NCBI GenBank assembly: GCA_031271665.1
Contig: JAISVI010000007.1
Span: forward strand, 1-45,513
Source of the DNA: Oscillospiraceae bacterium
Lineage (GTDB): Bacteria > Bacillota > Clostridia > Oscillospirales > UBA929
Length of the DNA stretch: 45,513 nt
Direction: 5' to 3'
Within the stretch, counting starts at the first letter, position 1. Each line of letters opens with the position of its first letter. The position numbers were made by a program, and so were the translations under genes. This document shows, piece by piece, positions 8,131-17,201 of the stretch. Below the pieces are notes generated by a model that made no database searches, was not told the origin of the DNA, and saw nothing but the letters and a program-made list of their open reading frames with translations.

Positions 8131-8962
8131 CTTCCAAAATCACCGTTCCGATTGACTTTATCGCGTTTTCCGGCGGGGGAGGGGCGAATACCGCGCGGCA
8201 GAACATCACCGCCGCAAGCGCAAAGCCCGCGAGAAGCGCCGCGGCCGCGAGAACAGGCGCGGCGCGGGCTTTAAGCGCTTCCGTAAAAGCCTCCGCGCGG
8301 GCGCGAAGCCCCGGCTTTTCCCGTTCCGGCTTTGGCGTAAGCGCCTCAATTTCCCGCGCGTCCCGCAGCGCGGCGGCGTACAGTTCGTCCCAACCGTGTG
8401 CCCTAAGGTCGGTAAGAAGACCGTAAAGCGCGCCCGTGTACGCGTCCGGGTAAATGCTTCTCACGGTTTCGGACAGATACAGCATGGTTTTTATACTGTC
8501 GTGCCGTATGTACTGCGAAGTCAGATAAAGGTCGTAGATAAAGCTTACTTCCCCGGATTCCGAACAGACAAGATTCTCCGGGCGCAGCAGGTCGCGCAGT
8601 ATGGGAAACGGCGTGTTCTGCGTAAGAAGGGCTGCCAGCAGCGACGTAAGCGCGCGGGTGCGCAGGCGCGGCGGCGCTTTGCTTATAACCGCGCAAAGCG
8701 CCCGCGTTTCCGGCGGCGCGCGGTGGCGGAACACGGCGCAAGACCCGCCGTCATACGGAAAAAACTCGACAAAGTCGGTAAACGCCGCGTTTTCAAGGAA
8801 TCCCATAAAGACCGGCGTAAGCTTGCGCGCAAGCGGCGGGTAGTCGGCAATGACAAGCAGGAAAAGCCCCTCTTCGCCGCGCGCTCGCGCGATAAGACGG
8901 CGCTTGTTGCCGCAAAGCCGCGCGAGTACCGTGTATCTGCGCGTCGGCGATTCCACGGTCAT
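8111..8962 (-). CDS. hypothetical membrane protein; possible degenerate protein-kinase-like (pseudokinase) domain plus C-terminal TM
   Basis: 283 aa. LRDLLRPENLVCSESGEVSFIYDL resembles a kinase catalytic loop (HRDLKPEN...DFG) in which the His and the DFG Asp are lost. A C-terminal TM segment (PVLAAAALLAGFALAAVMF) is present. The start overlaps the fibre gene stop by 4 nt. The fold assignment is tentative. Confidence 0.6.
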   Translation of the reverse strand: MTVESPTRRYTVLARLCGNKRRLIARARGEEGLFLLVIADYPPLARKLTPVFMGFLENAAFTDFVEFFPYDGGSCAVFRHRAPPETRALCAVISKAPPRLRTRALTSLLAALLTQNTPFPILRDLLRPENLVCSESGEVSFIYDLYLTSQYIRHDSIKTMLYLSETVRSIYPDAYTGALYGLLTDLRAHGWDELYAAALRDAREIEALTPKPEREKPGLRARAEAFTEALKARAAPVLAAAALLAGFALAAVMFCRAVFAPPPPENAIKSIGTVILEDESVTP

Positions 8963-10242
8963 GGCGGCGGAATTACGACGACAAAGGCGGTTCCCGTCAC
9001 GTCCGGCAGGGACGCGCTCGCGGCGCGCACGGTGTACACGCCCTGCCTGTCGGGCGCGACATAGAAGCCCTCTTTAGTAATGCCGCCGCTGTCCTGATCC
9101 TCGGCATACCAGACTATATCCTGCTTTGACATGCCCCTTGCCTCGGCGGTGAACTGAACGCTTTGCCGGAACGTAAGCCTTACGGAACCGGGCGTTATCA
9201 AAATCTGCGGCGCGGGCGTCGCCGCGCCCGCCCAGGCCGGGTCTGTTTCCGCCGCCCATATAAAGCGCACAACCTCTCCCTCGCTTTCGGTTTTAAGCCG
9301 TACGCCGATTTTGAACGTGCCGCTTTCCTCGTCCGTCTTTGCCGCCCACTCGTATTCGCGCGGGCAGAAGATTGACGGGTTTCCGAAAACCGCGCCCCCG
9401 CCGGTTTGCAGCCCAAGCGTCACGCATACGCCCGTCATGCCAAGCCCGTGTACGATATCGCCCGAGTAGTGCAAAGAACCGTACCGCGAACCCCCGGGGA
9501 TGTCCACCGCCGCCGTGCCGAAGGCGCGGGCGGGCGCGGGCGGCGAGGCAAGCCCATCCCTTGGCGGAGGGGGAAGCGGGCGCTCCGGCGCGGCGGGGGG
9601 CGGCGGCACATGCTCCGGCGCGGAGGGTACGGCGGCTTTCTGACCGAACGGAAGGACATCTATGCCTTCAATCTCAAAGGCGTCCTCCCACCGCGAAAGG
9701 CGGATGCGCGCCAGATAAAGCCGCGTAAGCAAACCGCGTTCCAGCTTGTTTTCAAGGGATTCGCTTCGCGGGTCTTCGGGCGGGGCGCTTATTTCGCGCG
9801 CGTCCGGCTCGCCGTAACGAAGGTAAAGTCTTGCCCTCTCCTCGGCGCGCCCGTACTTCTCTTCGTCAAGGGGCGCGTCGGTAAGCGCGCGCACGGGTTC
9901 GGAAGGCGTTTCGCGGTATTCGGCGCACAGATAGACGTGCTTTTCCGTCCCGTAGTCGTCCCCGAATCCCGCAAGCTCGGAAAGCCGGGCCACAACGGGC
10001 TTGTCAAGCGCCACCTCGCGCCCAAGACCGTCAAACGCAAGCCCCGACTCAACGGCCACCATTATATCGTTAAGCTTCATAACGCCCAATCCGCACACCA
10101 CCCCCGGGCCGTACAGAAGGGCGTTCAGAAGCCGCCGCTTGTTGTTCATATAGGTTTGTTCCGCTTCCATGTCGCGCCCAGTCAGAAGCTTGCCGAAGAA
10201 ATACTTATTGCGCGAAAGCGGGAAAAGTTCCGTGTTCTCCAT
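8959..10242 (-). CDS. CIS fibre-like / distal baseplate protein with Pro-rich linker and C-terminal Ig-like domain
   Basis: 427 aa. The N-terminal RNKYFFGKLLTGRDMEAEQTY motif is one I recall from proteins that follow baseplate genes in CIS loci. A PPPPAAPERPLPPPP linker is followed by a C-terminal Big_2-like segment (ITPGSVRLTFRQSVQFTAEA...GVYTVRAAS). Confidence 0.75.
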   Translation of the reverse strand: MENTELFPLSRNKYFFGKLLTGRDMEAEQTYMNNKRRLLNALLYGPGVVCGLGVMKLNDIMVAVESGLAFDGLGREVALDKPVVARLSELAGFGDDYGTEKHVYLCAEYRETPSEPVRALTDAPLDEEKYGRAEERARLYLRYGEPDAREISAPPEDPRSESLENKLERGLLTRLYLARIRLSRWEDAFEIEGIDVLPFGQKAAVPSAPEHVPPPPAAPERPLPPPPRDGLASPPAPARAFGTAAVDIPGGSRYGSLHYSGDIVHGLGMTGVCVTLGLQTGGGAVFGNPSIFCPREYEWAAKTDEESGTFKIGVRLKTESEGEVVRFIWAAETDPAWAGAATPAPQILITPGSVRLTFRQSVQFTAEARGMSKQDIVWYAEDQDSGGITKEGFYVAPDRQGVYTVRAASASLPDVTGTAFVVVIPPP

Positions 10243-11314
10243 TGTGATTTAAGTCCCCCAACGACGCAAAGTTAAGTCTGCTGCTTATGCCAAGGCACGC
10301 GGCGGGGCAGTCGCTTAAACGCGTATTTATCCCAAGGTACAAACAGTCGGAAAGGCCGGGGCTTTGGTCAAGAATCCTTGCTTTGTATGTAACCCCGCAC
10401 GGAAGAAAGCTTTGCGTCACGCGGTCAAAGCTCTCCGGCTCGGGCGGCGAACGGGCGGCTTGGGGCGGCAGGAAAAGGGTGATTTCACCGCCCGTGTAGT
10501 GCCTGTCGTTTTCCGCGTCCCCGTTCAGCATACGGAAGTTTTCGCATACAAAGGGGCGCAGTCCGGTATACTGCCGCACAAATTCCGCCAGTGCCGAAAT
10601 GCGGCCTTTTCTGCGGTACAGGCCGGAAACAAGCAGTTCGCGAAGGTTTTCCGGTTTCCACAACTCGGCGTGGGGGATACCCATCGCCCCGGCAAGCCAA
10701 TAAAGCATGTCCGGCGGCGCGGCGCGCGGGTCAAAGGTTTCGTAAAGCGCGTCAATCTTTCGTTCAAGTTCCAGATACGGCACGGAAAACAGACGCAGGA
10801 AGCGGTCAAGGAAGCCGTTTTTGTCCGCATATATCTCCGGCAGATACTTTAGAAACGACTCCAGCGCGCAGTACACCTGAATTGAATGTATTACAATGGG
10901 CGGCGTCCCTTCCGGGCGGTAAAGCTCGGCGGACACAACGCAGTAACGCCCGCGCACGGCGTCAAGCAGAAAATCCATTGTGCCGCTTTGCCGAAACACC
11001 TGAAAGGGGGCAAGCGCCTTCATAACGCTTAAAGCGTCTTCGCCTTCCGGAAGGGCGCTTATCTCCCGCGCCTTATCCTCGCGGTCTGCCGCGTAAAACC
11101 GCCAGACAATTTCCGCGCCTTCGGGCAGTTCCGCCTGCGCGCAGAACCGCTGCCATACATTGCCGCTTTCAAGGCTGTCCATAACGGGCGTAATCAAAAC
11201 GCCCGTCTCGGAAGCGTCCATAACGGCGCGGTCATCCCTTGCCTCTATGCCGGACATGCGGCATCCCCGGAACGCCGCCTTATGGTTCAGAATAAAATAG
11301 CGCGTTTCCGTCAA
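10205..11314 (-). CDS. phage tail protein I-like baseplate protein (P2 gpI / Afp12-type domain)
   Basis: 369 aa. LKYLPEIYADKNGFLDRFLRLFS...LDALYETFDPRAAPPDMLYWLAGAMGI...LRELLVSGLYRRKGR is the signature of the gpI-like phage tail protein domain. Confidence 0.85.
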   Translation of the reverse strand: MTETRYFILNHKAAFRGCRMSGIEARDDRAVMDASETGVLITPVMDSLESGNVWQRFCAQAELPEGAEIVWRFYAADREDKAREISALPEGEDALSVMKALAPFQVFRQSGTMDFLLDAVRGRYCVVSAELYRPEGTPPIVIHSIQVYCALESFLKYLPEIYADKNGFLDRFLRLFSVPYLELERKIDALYETFDPRAAPPDMLYWLAGAMGIPHAELWKPENLRELLVSGLYRRKGRISALAEFVRQYTGLRPFVCENFRMLNGDAENDRHYTGGEITLFLPPQAARSPPEPESFDRVTQSFLPCGVTYKARILDQSPGLSDCLYLGINTRLSDCPAACLGISSRLNFASLGDLNHNGEHGTFPAFAQ

Positions 11315-11326
11315 GCCGCTTCCCCC

Positions 11327-12421
11327 TTATACCCTAAGCGCGCGGATTGCGAAATCAAACCCCGCGAGGCGGTACGGCTCTAAATGAAGGCGTATCGCGC
11401 GCTTATGCTCTTCGGCAAGCGCCGCGCCGCGCACTTTCGCGGCGATGACTATAATGCGCGGTCTTCCGCCGCCGGGACGGTTTTCCGGCGCGAATACGCG
11501 CGCGTCCTCTACGCGGGTTCCCGGCGTTTCAAGCACAAGAAGGCGGATATCCTCCGCCGTGACGGCTTGGCGTCTTTCTTCCTCCATGCGCGTAAGCGTC
11601 TCTCCGGGGCTTTCGCGCCGCGCGCCGCCCTGGGCGGGTTTTTCCTGAACAAGCGTAAGAAGGCGTTCCCCCACGCGCATTTCCGTAAGCTGGCCGGAGG
11701 TGATATTGCCACCCTCCCCCCGCGTAAGAGCCATCGAAACGATGCGCACCTCACCCTTGGGCGCAAGCCCCCGGATACCGTCGCCGAAGGAGACAACCCC
11801 GCTTTCGTCGTCAAGCGTAAAATGGGTATCGGCGGAGCCGGAAAGGCGGAAGTCGTCAACCGCCGTCCACGTTTGCGCCCCCGAAAGGCCGCCACTGCCG
11901 GACACGGCGAGCGAAAAGCTTTCATGCAGTACGCTCTGGGCGCGCGTGTCAACGGTAAATGACAGTCCCGGAAAGCCGTCCGCGACCCCCAAAACAGGGC
12001 GTTCCGGCGAGTCAAACAGCCCGCCGAAAACGGTGTGCTTCTGTATCACACGGAAAGAAAGCGCTTTCCCCGGACAGGCGGGGATGTCCGCCGCCGTTTC
12101 AAAGCGTATGTCCTCGGCCATGACCGGTGTGCCGGACGGTATGCGCACCGGAGTTCCGTGGGGAAGCGTGACCTCCGCCACAGCGGGGCGCGCCCTGCGG
12201 GGCGTTATGCCAAGCAGCGGGAAGAACGCGTCCGCGCGCTCGCTTGCGGACATGTGAAAGCGCTGTGCCTCGGTAAGCCACGCCATAAGGTCGATAAGCG
12301 TAACGCCGGGGTCGTGGGTGTTGAAATCGCTCCATTCGGGAAGCAGGTTCGCCGCGTCCAACCGGGCTTGCGACACAATCTCGGGGAAGCGCTCGTCGTC
12401 CGGATTATTCTGTCTAAGCAT
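11327..12421 (-). CDS. baseplate J-like protein (short paralogue)
   Basis: 364 aa. The N-terminus (NTHDPGVTLIDLMAWLTEAQRF) and the C-terminal segment (RQAVTAEDIRLLVLETPGTRVEDARV) are typical of the baseplate J/gp47 family. Confidence 0.75.
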   Translation of the reverse strand: MLRQNNPDDERFPEIVSQARLDAANLLPEWSDFNTHDPGVTLIDLMAWLTEAQRFHMSASERADAFFPLLGITPRRARPAVAEVTLPHGTPVRIPSGTPVMAEDIRFETAADIPACPGKALSFRVIQKHTVFGGLFDSPERPVLGVADGFPGLSFTVDTRAQSVLHESFSLAVSGSGGLSGAQTWTAVDDFRLSGSADTHFTLDDESGVVSFGDGIRGLAPKGEVRIVSMALTRGEGGNITSGQLTEMRVGERLLTLVQEKPAQGGARRESPGETLTRMEEERRQAVTAEDIRLLVLETPGTRVEDARVFAPENRPGGGRPRIIVIAAKVRGAALAEEHKRAIRLHLEPYRLAGFDFAIRALRV

Positions 12422-12423
12422 GA

Positions 12424-14856
12424 CTAGGCCACCCGGAAGGCAATCTCGTGCGTCCCGTCCGCAGGAAGGGCAAAGGGTTCTCTGACGGCGCGCGCGTAAT
12501 CCGCGTAGGCGTGGTTTATCTTATAGACGGCCTTCACGCCGTAAAGCGAAGCAATACCGGGAACGGTACGCAAAACGGCGGCAATGTCCTCCGGGGACGG
12601 AAGAGTTCCGAGTTGCCAGCCGCCCTCCGGTCCGCCGCGCGCGGCGTCCAGATAAAGCGAAAGGGTTTCCAGTATCCGGCGCTTGACATTAAGGGCTTCC
12701 TCCGGCGCGGAAATTGCCGCGTGTACCGTAACATTTACGTCTACAAACCGTGCCGCCGCGACGCAAAGCCTTCCCGCGCCAAGCGGGCGGCGCGGCGCGA
12801 CGAAAGCAAGCGCGGCGCGCCCAATCGCGCCGAAATCCCCGCGTCCGCCGTGCGCGGACAAAAGCGCCAGACAGTCGCAGTCCGGGTTCTCCGCTCCGTC
12901 TTCGCCGGTACGGCAGTAAAGACGCGCCCGCAGGACAAGCGGCGAGGACTCAAGCGCCAGTTCCTCGCAGTCACGCGCGCTTACGGCGCGTCCGCCGTGG
13001 CAAAGCCCGGCGGTCAGACGCCGGATTACGCCTTGCTCGTCCTCCTCCGAGACTCCCCCGGCGCAAGCCGTGGGGTTAAACACGGCGGAAATCCCCGCCA
13101 CGGGCGCAAGCAGGGAACTGAACGCCCCGGAGGGCAGATTGGACGCAACCCCCGGCGTCCTTGCCGTCGCGGAGACGGCGTTTTCAAAAATCCCCAGAAG
13201 GCGCGGCCCGGACTGCGTGAAGCGCCCGAAAGTATTGTCCGCGTCGCATACGCGCATCCAATACCCCTCGCGCCCGAAAAGCCGGGTTTTCGCGCACGGC
13301 AAAGGCGCCTGATAGGTAAGGATGCCCGTTTGGGAAAGGTTTTTCGTGCCGTCATGTACGTCAAGCGCCGCCCACCCGCCCCCGACGGCATACTCCCAGC
13401 GCGCTTTGAACGCCTGTCCCGGCGTAAGATGAAATAGAATGCCGCCCTGTGAAAACGGCATGGCGAACGCGAAGTATACCGCCCCGGGGGTATCCAATGC
13501 CCCGCGTAAAGGCACGGGAGTCCCGTCCAAAGCGACCGCGCGGCTTTCCATATGCTCGTAAACCTCGGCTTCAGGCACGGGGAACTCCCCGGCGTACCTT
13601 ATCCGCAGACCGGATATCACCGGTGTGCGGTAATGCCCGCGCATACGGAAAAGGTTGTTTACGCCAAGTATGCGCGCCCGTATAAACGGCAGCTCATGCG
13701 CCCCCCAGACGGCGAAAGCCATATCCTCCGGGCATGTAAAGCTTACGGCGCGCCTTCTTGACGGGCCGCTTGAAAACATGCCCGGCTCTCCGGCGGGCAG
13801 GACGGCCCAGCCTGTCCCGTTGAAATACTCCCAGACAGTTTCGGAAATGTCAATCACATACTCGGCGGGCGGCGCAAGTTCCTCGGCCTTCATAAGCTTT
13901 TTCATGCGTATCTGCACGTCGGGGTATCCCTCTATCGGAAAATCCTCGAAGTCAAGGTGAAAAGAAACCTCTATACGCGCGCCCGGCTTGCCGAACGCGT
14001 CGGCGCAGGCGATATAAAAGCACAGCCCCGGTATAAAGCGCCTGTCAAACGGGTACACCCGGTCGCCGGACTGCTGGGTGTCCCCGGCGTAAACCGCGTC
14101 CGGGAACAGCGCGTTCTCGCTTGGCATCGCCGTAACGGCGCGAAGCGCGGCGCTTTCGCGCTGTCCGCCGGGAAGCGTTATGCGCAGCGCGCGTCCGCCC
14201 CGATTTTGCGCAAGCAGAATATCGCCGCCGTCCGGGCGCGCGTCAATTTGCGTCCACTCTTCCCCGTCCCCGGACTCCCAAAGTACGCCGCCCCCGCAAA
14301 GATCCGCAACGTCCGCGTTATCCAGTCTTATGTTAAGCCGCAGGGCGGCGTTCTGCGAAACGCAGAAGGCGTACGGGTGATAAAGCGTCCAGACATGGGG
14401 CGCGGGCTGTGCCAGACCGAACAGGGTGATGTTTTCCCGTCCGTTATAAAGCGTTAAAATATCACGCTGCGGAAACGCGCAATAGATTGCCCCGATAACG
14501 GCGGGGGACACAATAAGTTCCGCGTCCGTTTCCATAACGGCCTGCGGGTCTTCCGGACACGCCGCGCCCGTTCCGGCGGGGACGCAAATAATCCCGCCGT
14601 CCTCGGCCGCAGACTGAAACGCAAGGTATCCGCGCGCCGGAAGGGGCTTTCTCGGCACTGAACCGATAACGTCAAGCAGCGCGCGGCGGCAGTTGTCGGG
14701 CAGACGCCCGAAGCGTTCAAGCGTGCCGGAAAACATCCCGCACCAAACGGACGCAAGCACCGCCCCGGCGTCCGGCGAGGCGGGGTTAAAGCGCCATTCC
14801 GGGACATAATACGGCGCGCGTCCGGCAATCTCCTCAAGAAGCCTCTCTTTTTCCAT
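12424..14856 (-). CDS. large baseplate assembly protein (baseplate J/gp6-like, Afp11-type)
   Basis: 810 aa. It has the N-terminal PEWRFNPASPDAGAVL pattern and the C-terminal GGRAVSARDCEELALESSPLVLRARL baseplate-J motif. There is a 0-nt gap to the gp25-like gene. Confidence 0.85.
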   Translation of the reverse strand: MEKERLLEEIAGRAPYYVPEWRFNPASPDAGAVLASVWCGMFSGTLERFGRLPDNCRRALLDVIGSVPRKPLPARGYLAFQSAAEDGGIICVPAGTGAACPEDPQAVMETDAELIVSPAVIGAIYCAFPQRDILTLYNGRENITLFGLAQPAPHVWTLYHPYAFCVSQNAALRLNIRLDNADVADLCGGGVLWESGDGEEWTQIDARPDGGDILLAQNRGGRALRITLPGGQRESAALRAVTAMPSENALFPDAVYAGDTQQSGDRVYPFDRRFIPGLCFYIACADAFGKPGARIEVSFHLDFEDFPIEGYPDVQIRMKKLMKAEELAPPAEYVIDISETVWEYFNGTGWAVLPAGEPGMFSSGPSRRRAVSFTCPEDMAFAVWGAHELPFIRARILGVNNLFRMRGHYRTPVISGLRIRYAGEFPVPEAEVYEHMESRAVALDGTPVPLRGALDTPGAVYFAFAMPFSQGGILFHLTPGQAFKARWEYAVGGGWAALDVHDGTKNLSQTGILTYQAPLPCAKTRLFGREGYWMRVCDADNTFGRFTQSGPRLLGIFENAVSATARTPGVASNLPSGAFSSLLAPVAGISAVFNPTACAGGVSEEDEQGVIRRLTAGLCHGGRAVSARDCEELALESSPLVLRARLYCRTGEDGAENPDCDCLALLSAHGGRGDFGAIGRAALAFVAPRRPLGAGRLCVAAARFVDVNVTVHAAISAPEEALNVKRRILETLSLYLDAARGGPEGGWQLGTLPSPEDIAAVLRTVPGIASLYGVKAVYKINHAYADYARAVREPFALPADGTHEIAFRVA

Positions 14857-15261
14857 TTAGACTCCCTCCGTCAGAAAGAACGGGTATACCAAATTAAACG
14901 GGCTGTTTGTGCTGCGCACCGTGTACTTGATGTCCAGACGGAAACCGCCGCTTGAGCCTTGCGGGAAATCCGCCTCGGCCTCGATGTTTGTGATGCGCGG
15001 TTCCCACAGGCCAAGCGCCTCTTCCGCCGCCTCGCGTATCCTGGCGCGCGTGCCGTAACTGTCGGCGGCGAAGACATACTCGTGAAGCCTTGAGCCGAAT
15101 TCCGGGCGCATAAGCCGCTCGCCAAGCCGCGTGGACAGGATTATGTGTATGGCCTGCTTGATGTCCTGTTCGTAAAGCGCAAGCCTTACGCGTCCGCTTG
15201 CTTTGTCCGTTCCCACCGGGAAGGCAAGACCGCCGCCCAAAAAGTCCTTGGTGTAATCCAT
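14857..15261 (-). CDS. GPW/gp25-family baseplate wedge protein (Afp9-like)
   Basis: 134 aa. DIKQAIHIILSTRLGERLMRPEFGSRLHEYVF is the classic gp25 motif. Confidence 0.9.
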   Translation of the reverse strand: MDYTKDFLGGGLAFPVGTDKASGRVRLALYEQDIKQAIHIILSTRLGERLMRPEFGSRLHEYVFAADSYGTRARIREAAEEALGLWEPRITNIEAEADFPQGSSGGFRLDIKYTVRSTNSPFNLVYPFFLTEGV

Positions 15262-15269
15262 TGCCGCCC

Positions 15270-15448
15270 CCCCTTAGTTCAGAGCTTGCTGAATAAGCGC
15301 ACTGTTACGCTTCACAACTTTTTTCGACCGGCAAATTCGGAATTTTTCGCTTTGGTTTCTGCGAAACAAAGCTCCAAAATTCTGAATTTGACAACTCGCG
15401 CCTTCGGTGCTTCGGGTCGAAAAAAAGTTGTTCAGCAGCCCCTTAGTT
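15270..15448. mobile_element. about 159-bp palindromic (MITE/ERIC-like) element flanked by a direct repeat of up to 10 bp (CCCCTTAGTT)
   Basis: CCCCTTAGTT occurs at 15270-15279 and 15439-15448. The interior folds as a long imperfect hairpin: CACAACTTTTTTCGACC/GGTCGAAAAAAAGTTGT, AAATTCGGAATTTT/AAAATTCTGAATTT, and a central GCTTTGGTTTC/GAAACAAAGC stem. Removing it restores a 12-nt gap between the spike and gp25 genes. Confidence 0.65.
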
Positions 15449-16162
15449 TATCTTCGTCATAGAACCCTTCAGCGTCAGTATGCCGCTGCTTTCCACTTTG
15501 ACGTTCGCGCCGGTAAGCTCGGCGCTTTGCGCGTTAAGCTTCGCCGTACTGCCGTCAAGCTTTACCTGCTTGCCTTTAAGGGTAAGGGCGTTTTCCGCGT
15601 CAAGCGTCACGGACTGCCCTTTAAGCGTTATCTTGCCGGTGATTGTAATTGTTTCCGCCTTGATGTCAAGCTTATCCCCGGACTCCAGTTTGACGGACGT
15701 GCCGTTTTCGTCCAGTTCAAGCTTCTGCTTCCCGTCATTCGTTTGTATTTTTATTTTTTTTGCCTTCTCGTCAATCTCGATGACATGCCCGGATTCGCTC
15801 TTAACGGTTATCTTCCCGTCGTCGCCGTCTTTAAGCGTGATGCTATGCTTTCCCTTGGTGACAAACTTCCGTATAAGGTTGTCTTTGTCGGCGGTTTCCG
15901 CCGGGACGGTGTTCTTCGTGTTCCAAAGACTGCCAAGGACGACCGCGCAGTGCGCGTCCCCGCCGATAAACCCCACTATAACCTGCGCGCCCTTTTCCGG
16001 CAGAAGGTACACGCCGTAATCCTTCCCCGCATACGGCGCGGCCACGCAAAGCCATTCGGTCGCGCGTCCCTCGGCGTCAAAGGAGGGGAAGGACACCCTC
16101 ACCATGCCGGGGTGCTTGGCGTCGTAGTTCTCGGTAACGGTTCCAAGTATAAGTCCGTTCAC
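15443..16162 (-). CDS. gpV/VgrG-like central spike (Afp8-like)
   Basis: 239 aa. The N-terminus (GTVTENYDAKHPGMVRVSFPS...EWLCVAAPYAGKDYGVYLLPEKGAQVIVGFIGGD) is a gpV/gp5 OB-fold signature. The C-terminus consists of repetitive beta-helix-like K/T/L-rich repeats. Confidence 0.9.
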   Translation of the reverse strand: MNGLILGTVTENYDAKHPGMVRVSFPSFDAEGRATEWLCVAAPYAGKDYGVYLLPEKGAQVIVGFIGGDAHCAVVLGSLWNTKNTVPAETADKDNLIRKFVTKGKHSITLKDGDDGKITVKSESGHVIEIDEKAKKIKIQTNDGKQKLELDENGTSVKLESGDKLDIKAETITITGKITLKGQSVTLDAENALTLKGKQVKLDGSTAKLNAQSAELTGANVKVESSGILTLKGSMTKIN

Positions 16163-16169
16163 CGCTTTT

Positions 16170-17201
16170 CTAACCTCCTATGCCGATTTCCGTGACGAAG
16201 CCGTCTTCGCTGTTCATGCGGTGATGCACGGAAACGACGGTAAATCTGTCCCCGGTAAGCGCGGCGAAGGGGCATTTGTTAATCTTGATTTTCTGCCCAA
16301 GCTTCACTTCCGGTATGCCCCGGCAGTATACGCGGCCGGCGACCGCTTCGCGCTTGGCGGCGTCCGCAGCCGCCGCCACCACGGCCTTGCCCGCGTCGCC
16401 AAGCAAGTGCGGCGGCAACGGTATGATGCGCGTGACCGCAAGAAGATTTTTCTGCGTTCCCTTCGCGTCCTTTTGCGAGGAGAATTCTTCCATCTTGGCG
16501 TGGTCGTAACCCATGCCGGTAATTTTCAAATCCACATACCTTGCGCCAAGTTCCAGTTCCGTGTCGGGCCAGTCAAACTCCACGCAGACCGTGTCCTTCG
16601 CGCCGCCCACATACGCCTTGCCGCAGTCGATGTAAAAGTAATGCCCGCGCAAATCGGCAGCGTCCTGAATAAAGTCCAAATCGCCGCCCGCCTGCGTCAC
16701 GCAGACCTCTTTCTCAAGCGCCGCGAGGGTGACTTCCTTGGCGCTTACCAACGGGCTGTACAGATCCAGAAGGCTTTCGGCGATATTCTGAACGGTTTTC
16801 CCCTTCGCGGCGGTATAGCGCGCGCCAAGGCGCATAAGCGCGCGGGCGTCCAGGCATACGGCGCTTAGGCAGATGTTTTCGCCGTCAAAGCGCATGGCAA
16901 GCTCGTCGACATACCCCGAGAACACTTCGCTTACGCTGCTTCCGTAGCCAAGGGAAAGCGAAATACGGCTGCCCGGTTTAAGCTTGTCAAGCGCGGTTTG
17001 CGAGAACTGGCCGGAACCGTGTTCATATACGTCGTGAACCGTGAAGGCGCACGCCCCTGCGGTTTTGCCCATGCCGTTATCCACCGTGATGCCGTCAATC
17101 ATAAACTCGCTTCTTGAAAGCTCGCTGCCCGCGCCGAAGACCTTGTACGCGGGGACGGTGAAGCCGCCGTATGCCGTCCTTAAATCGGAATACTTGCTCA
17201 T
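16170..17201 (-). CDS. late control gene D-like baseplate hub protein (Afp7-like)
   Basis: 343 aa. Its size, its position immediately upstream of the spike gene and its pattern (F.V.V.G......F....V.......A..C.F.V) fit the gpD family. It overlaps the LysM gene by 4 nt. Confidence 0.8.
   Translation of the reverse strand: MSKYSDLRTAYGGFTVPAYKVFGAGSELSRSEFMIDGITVDNGMGKTAGACAFTVHDVYEHGSGQFSQTALDKLKPGSRISLSLGYGSSVSEVFSGYVDELAMRFDGENICLSAVCLDARALMRLGARYTAAKGKTVQNIAESLLDLYSPLVSAKEVTLAALEKEVCVTQAGGDLDFIQDAADLRGHYFYIDCGKAYVGGAKDTVCVEFDWPDTELELGARYVDLKITGMGYDHAKMEEFSSQKDAKGTQKNLLAVTRIIPLPPHLLGDAGKAVVAAAADAAKREAVAGRVYCRGIPEVKLGQKIKINKCPFAALTGDRFTVVSVHHRMNSEDGFVTEIGIGG

Noticed and set aside
15407-16195. 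Plus-strand ORFs of 262 and 179 aa across the spike gene
   Set aside because: They are antisense to the gpV/VgrG-like gene, which has clear family motifs. The repetitive beta-helix coding sequence keeps several frames open.
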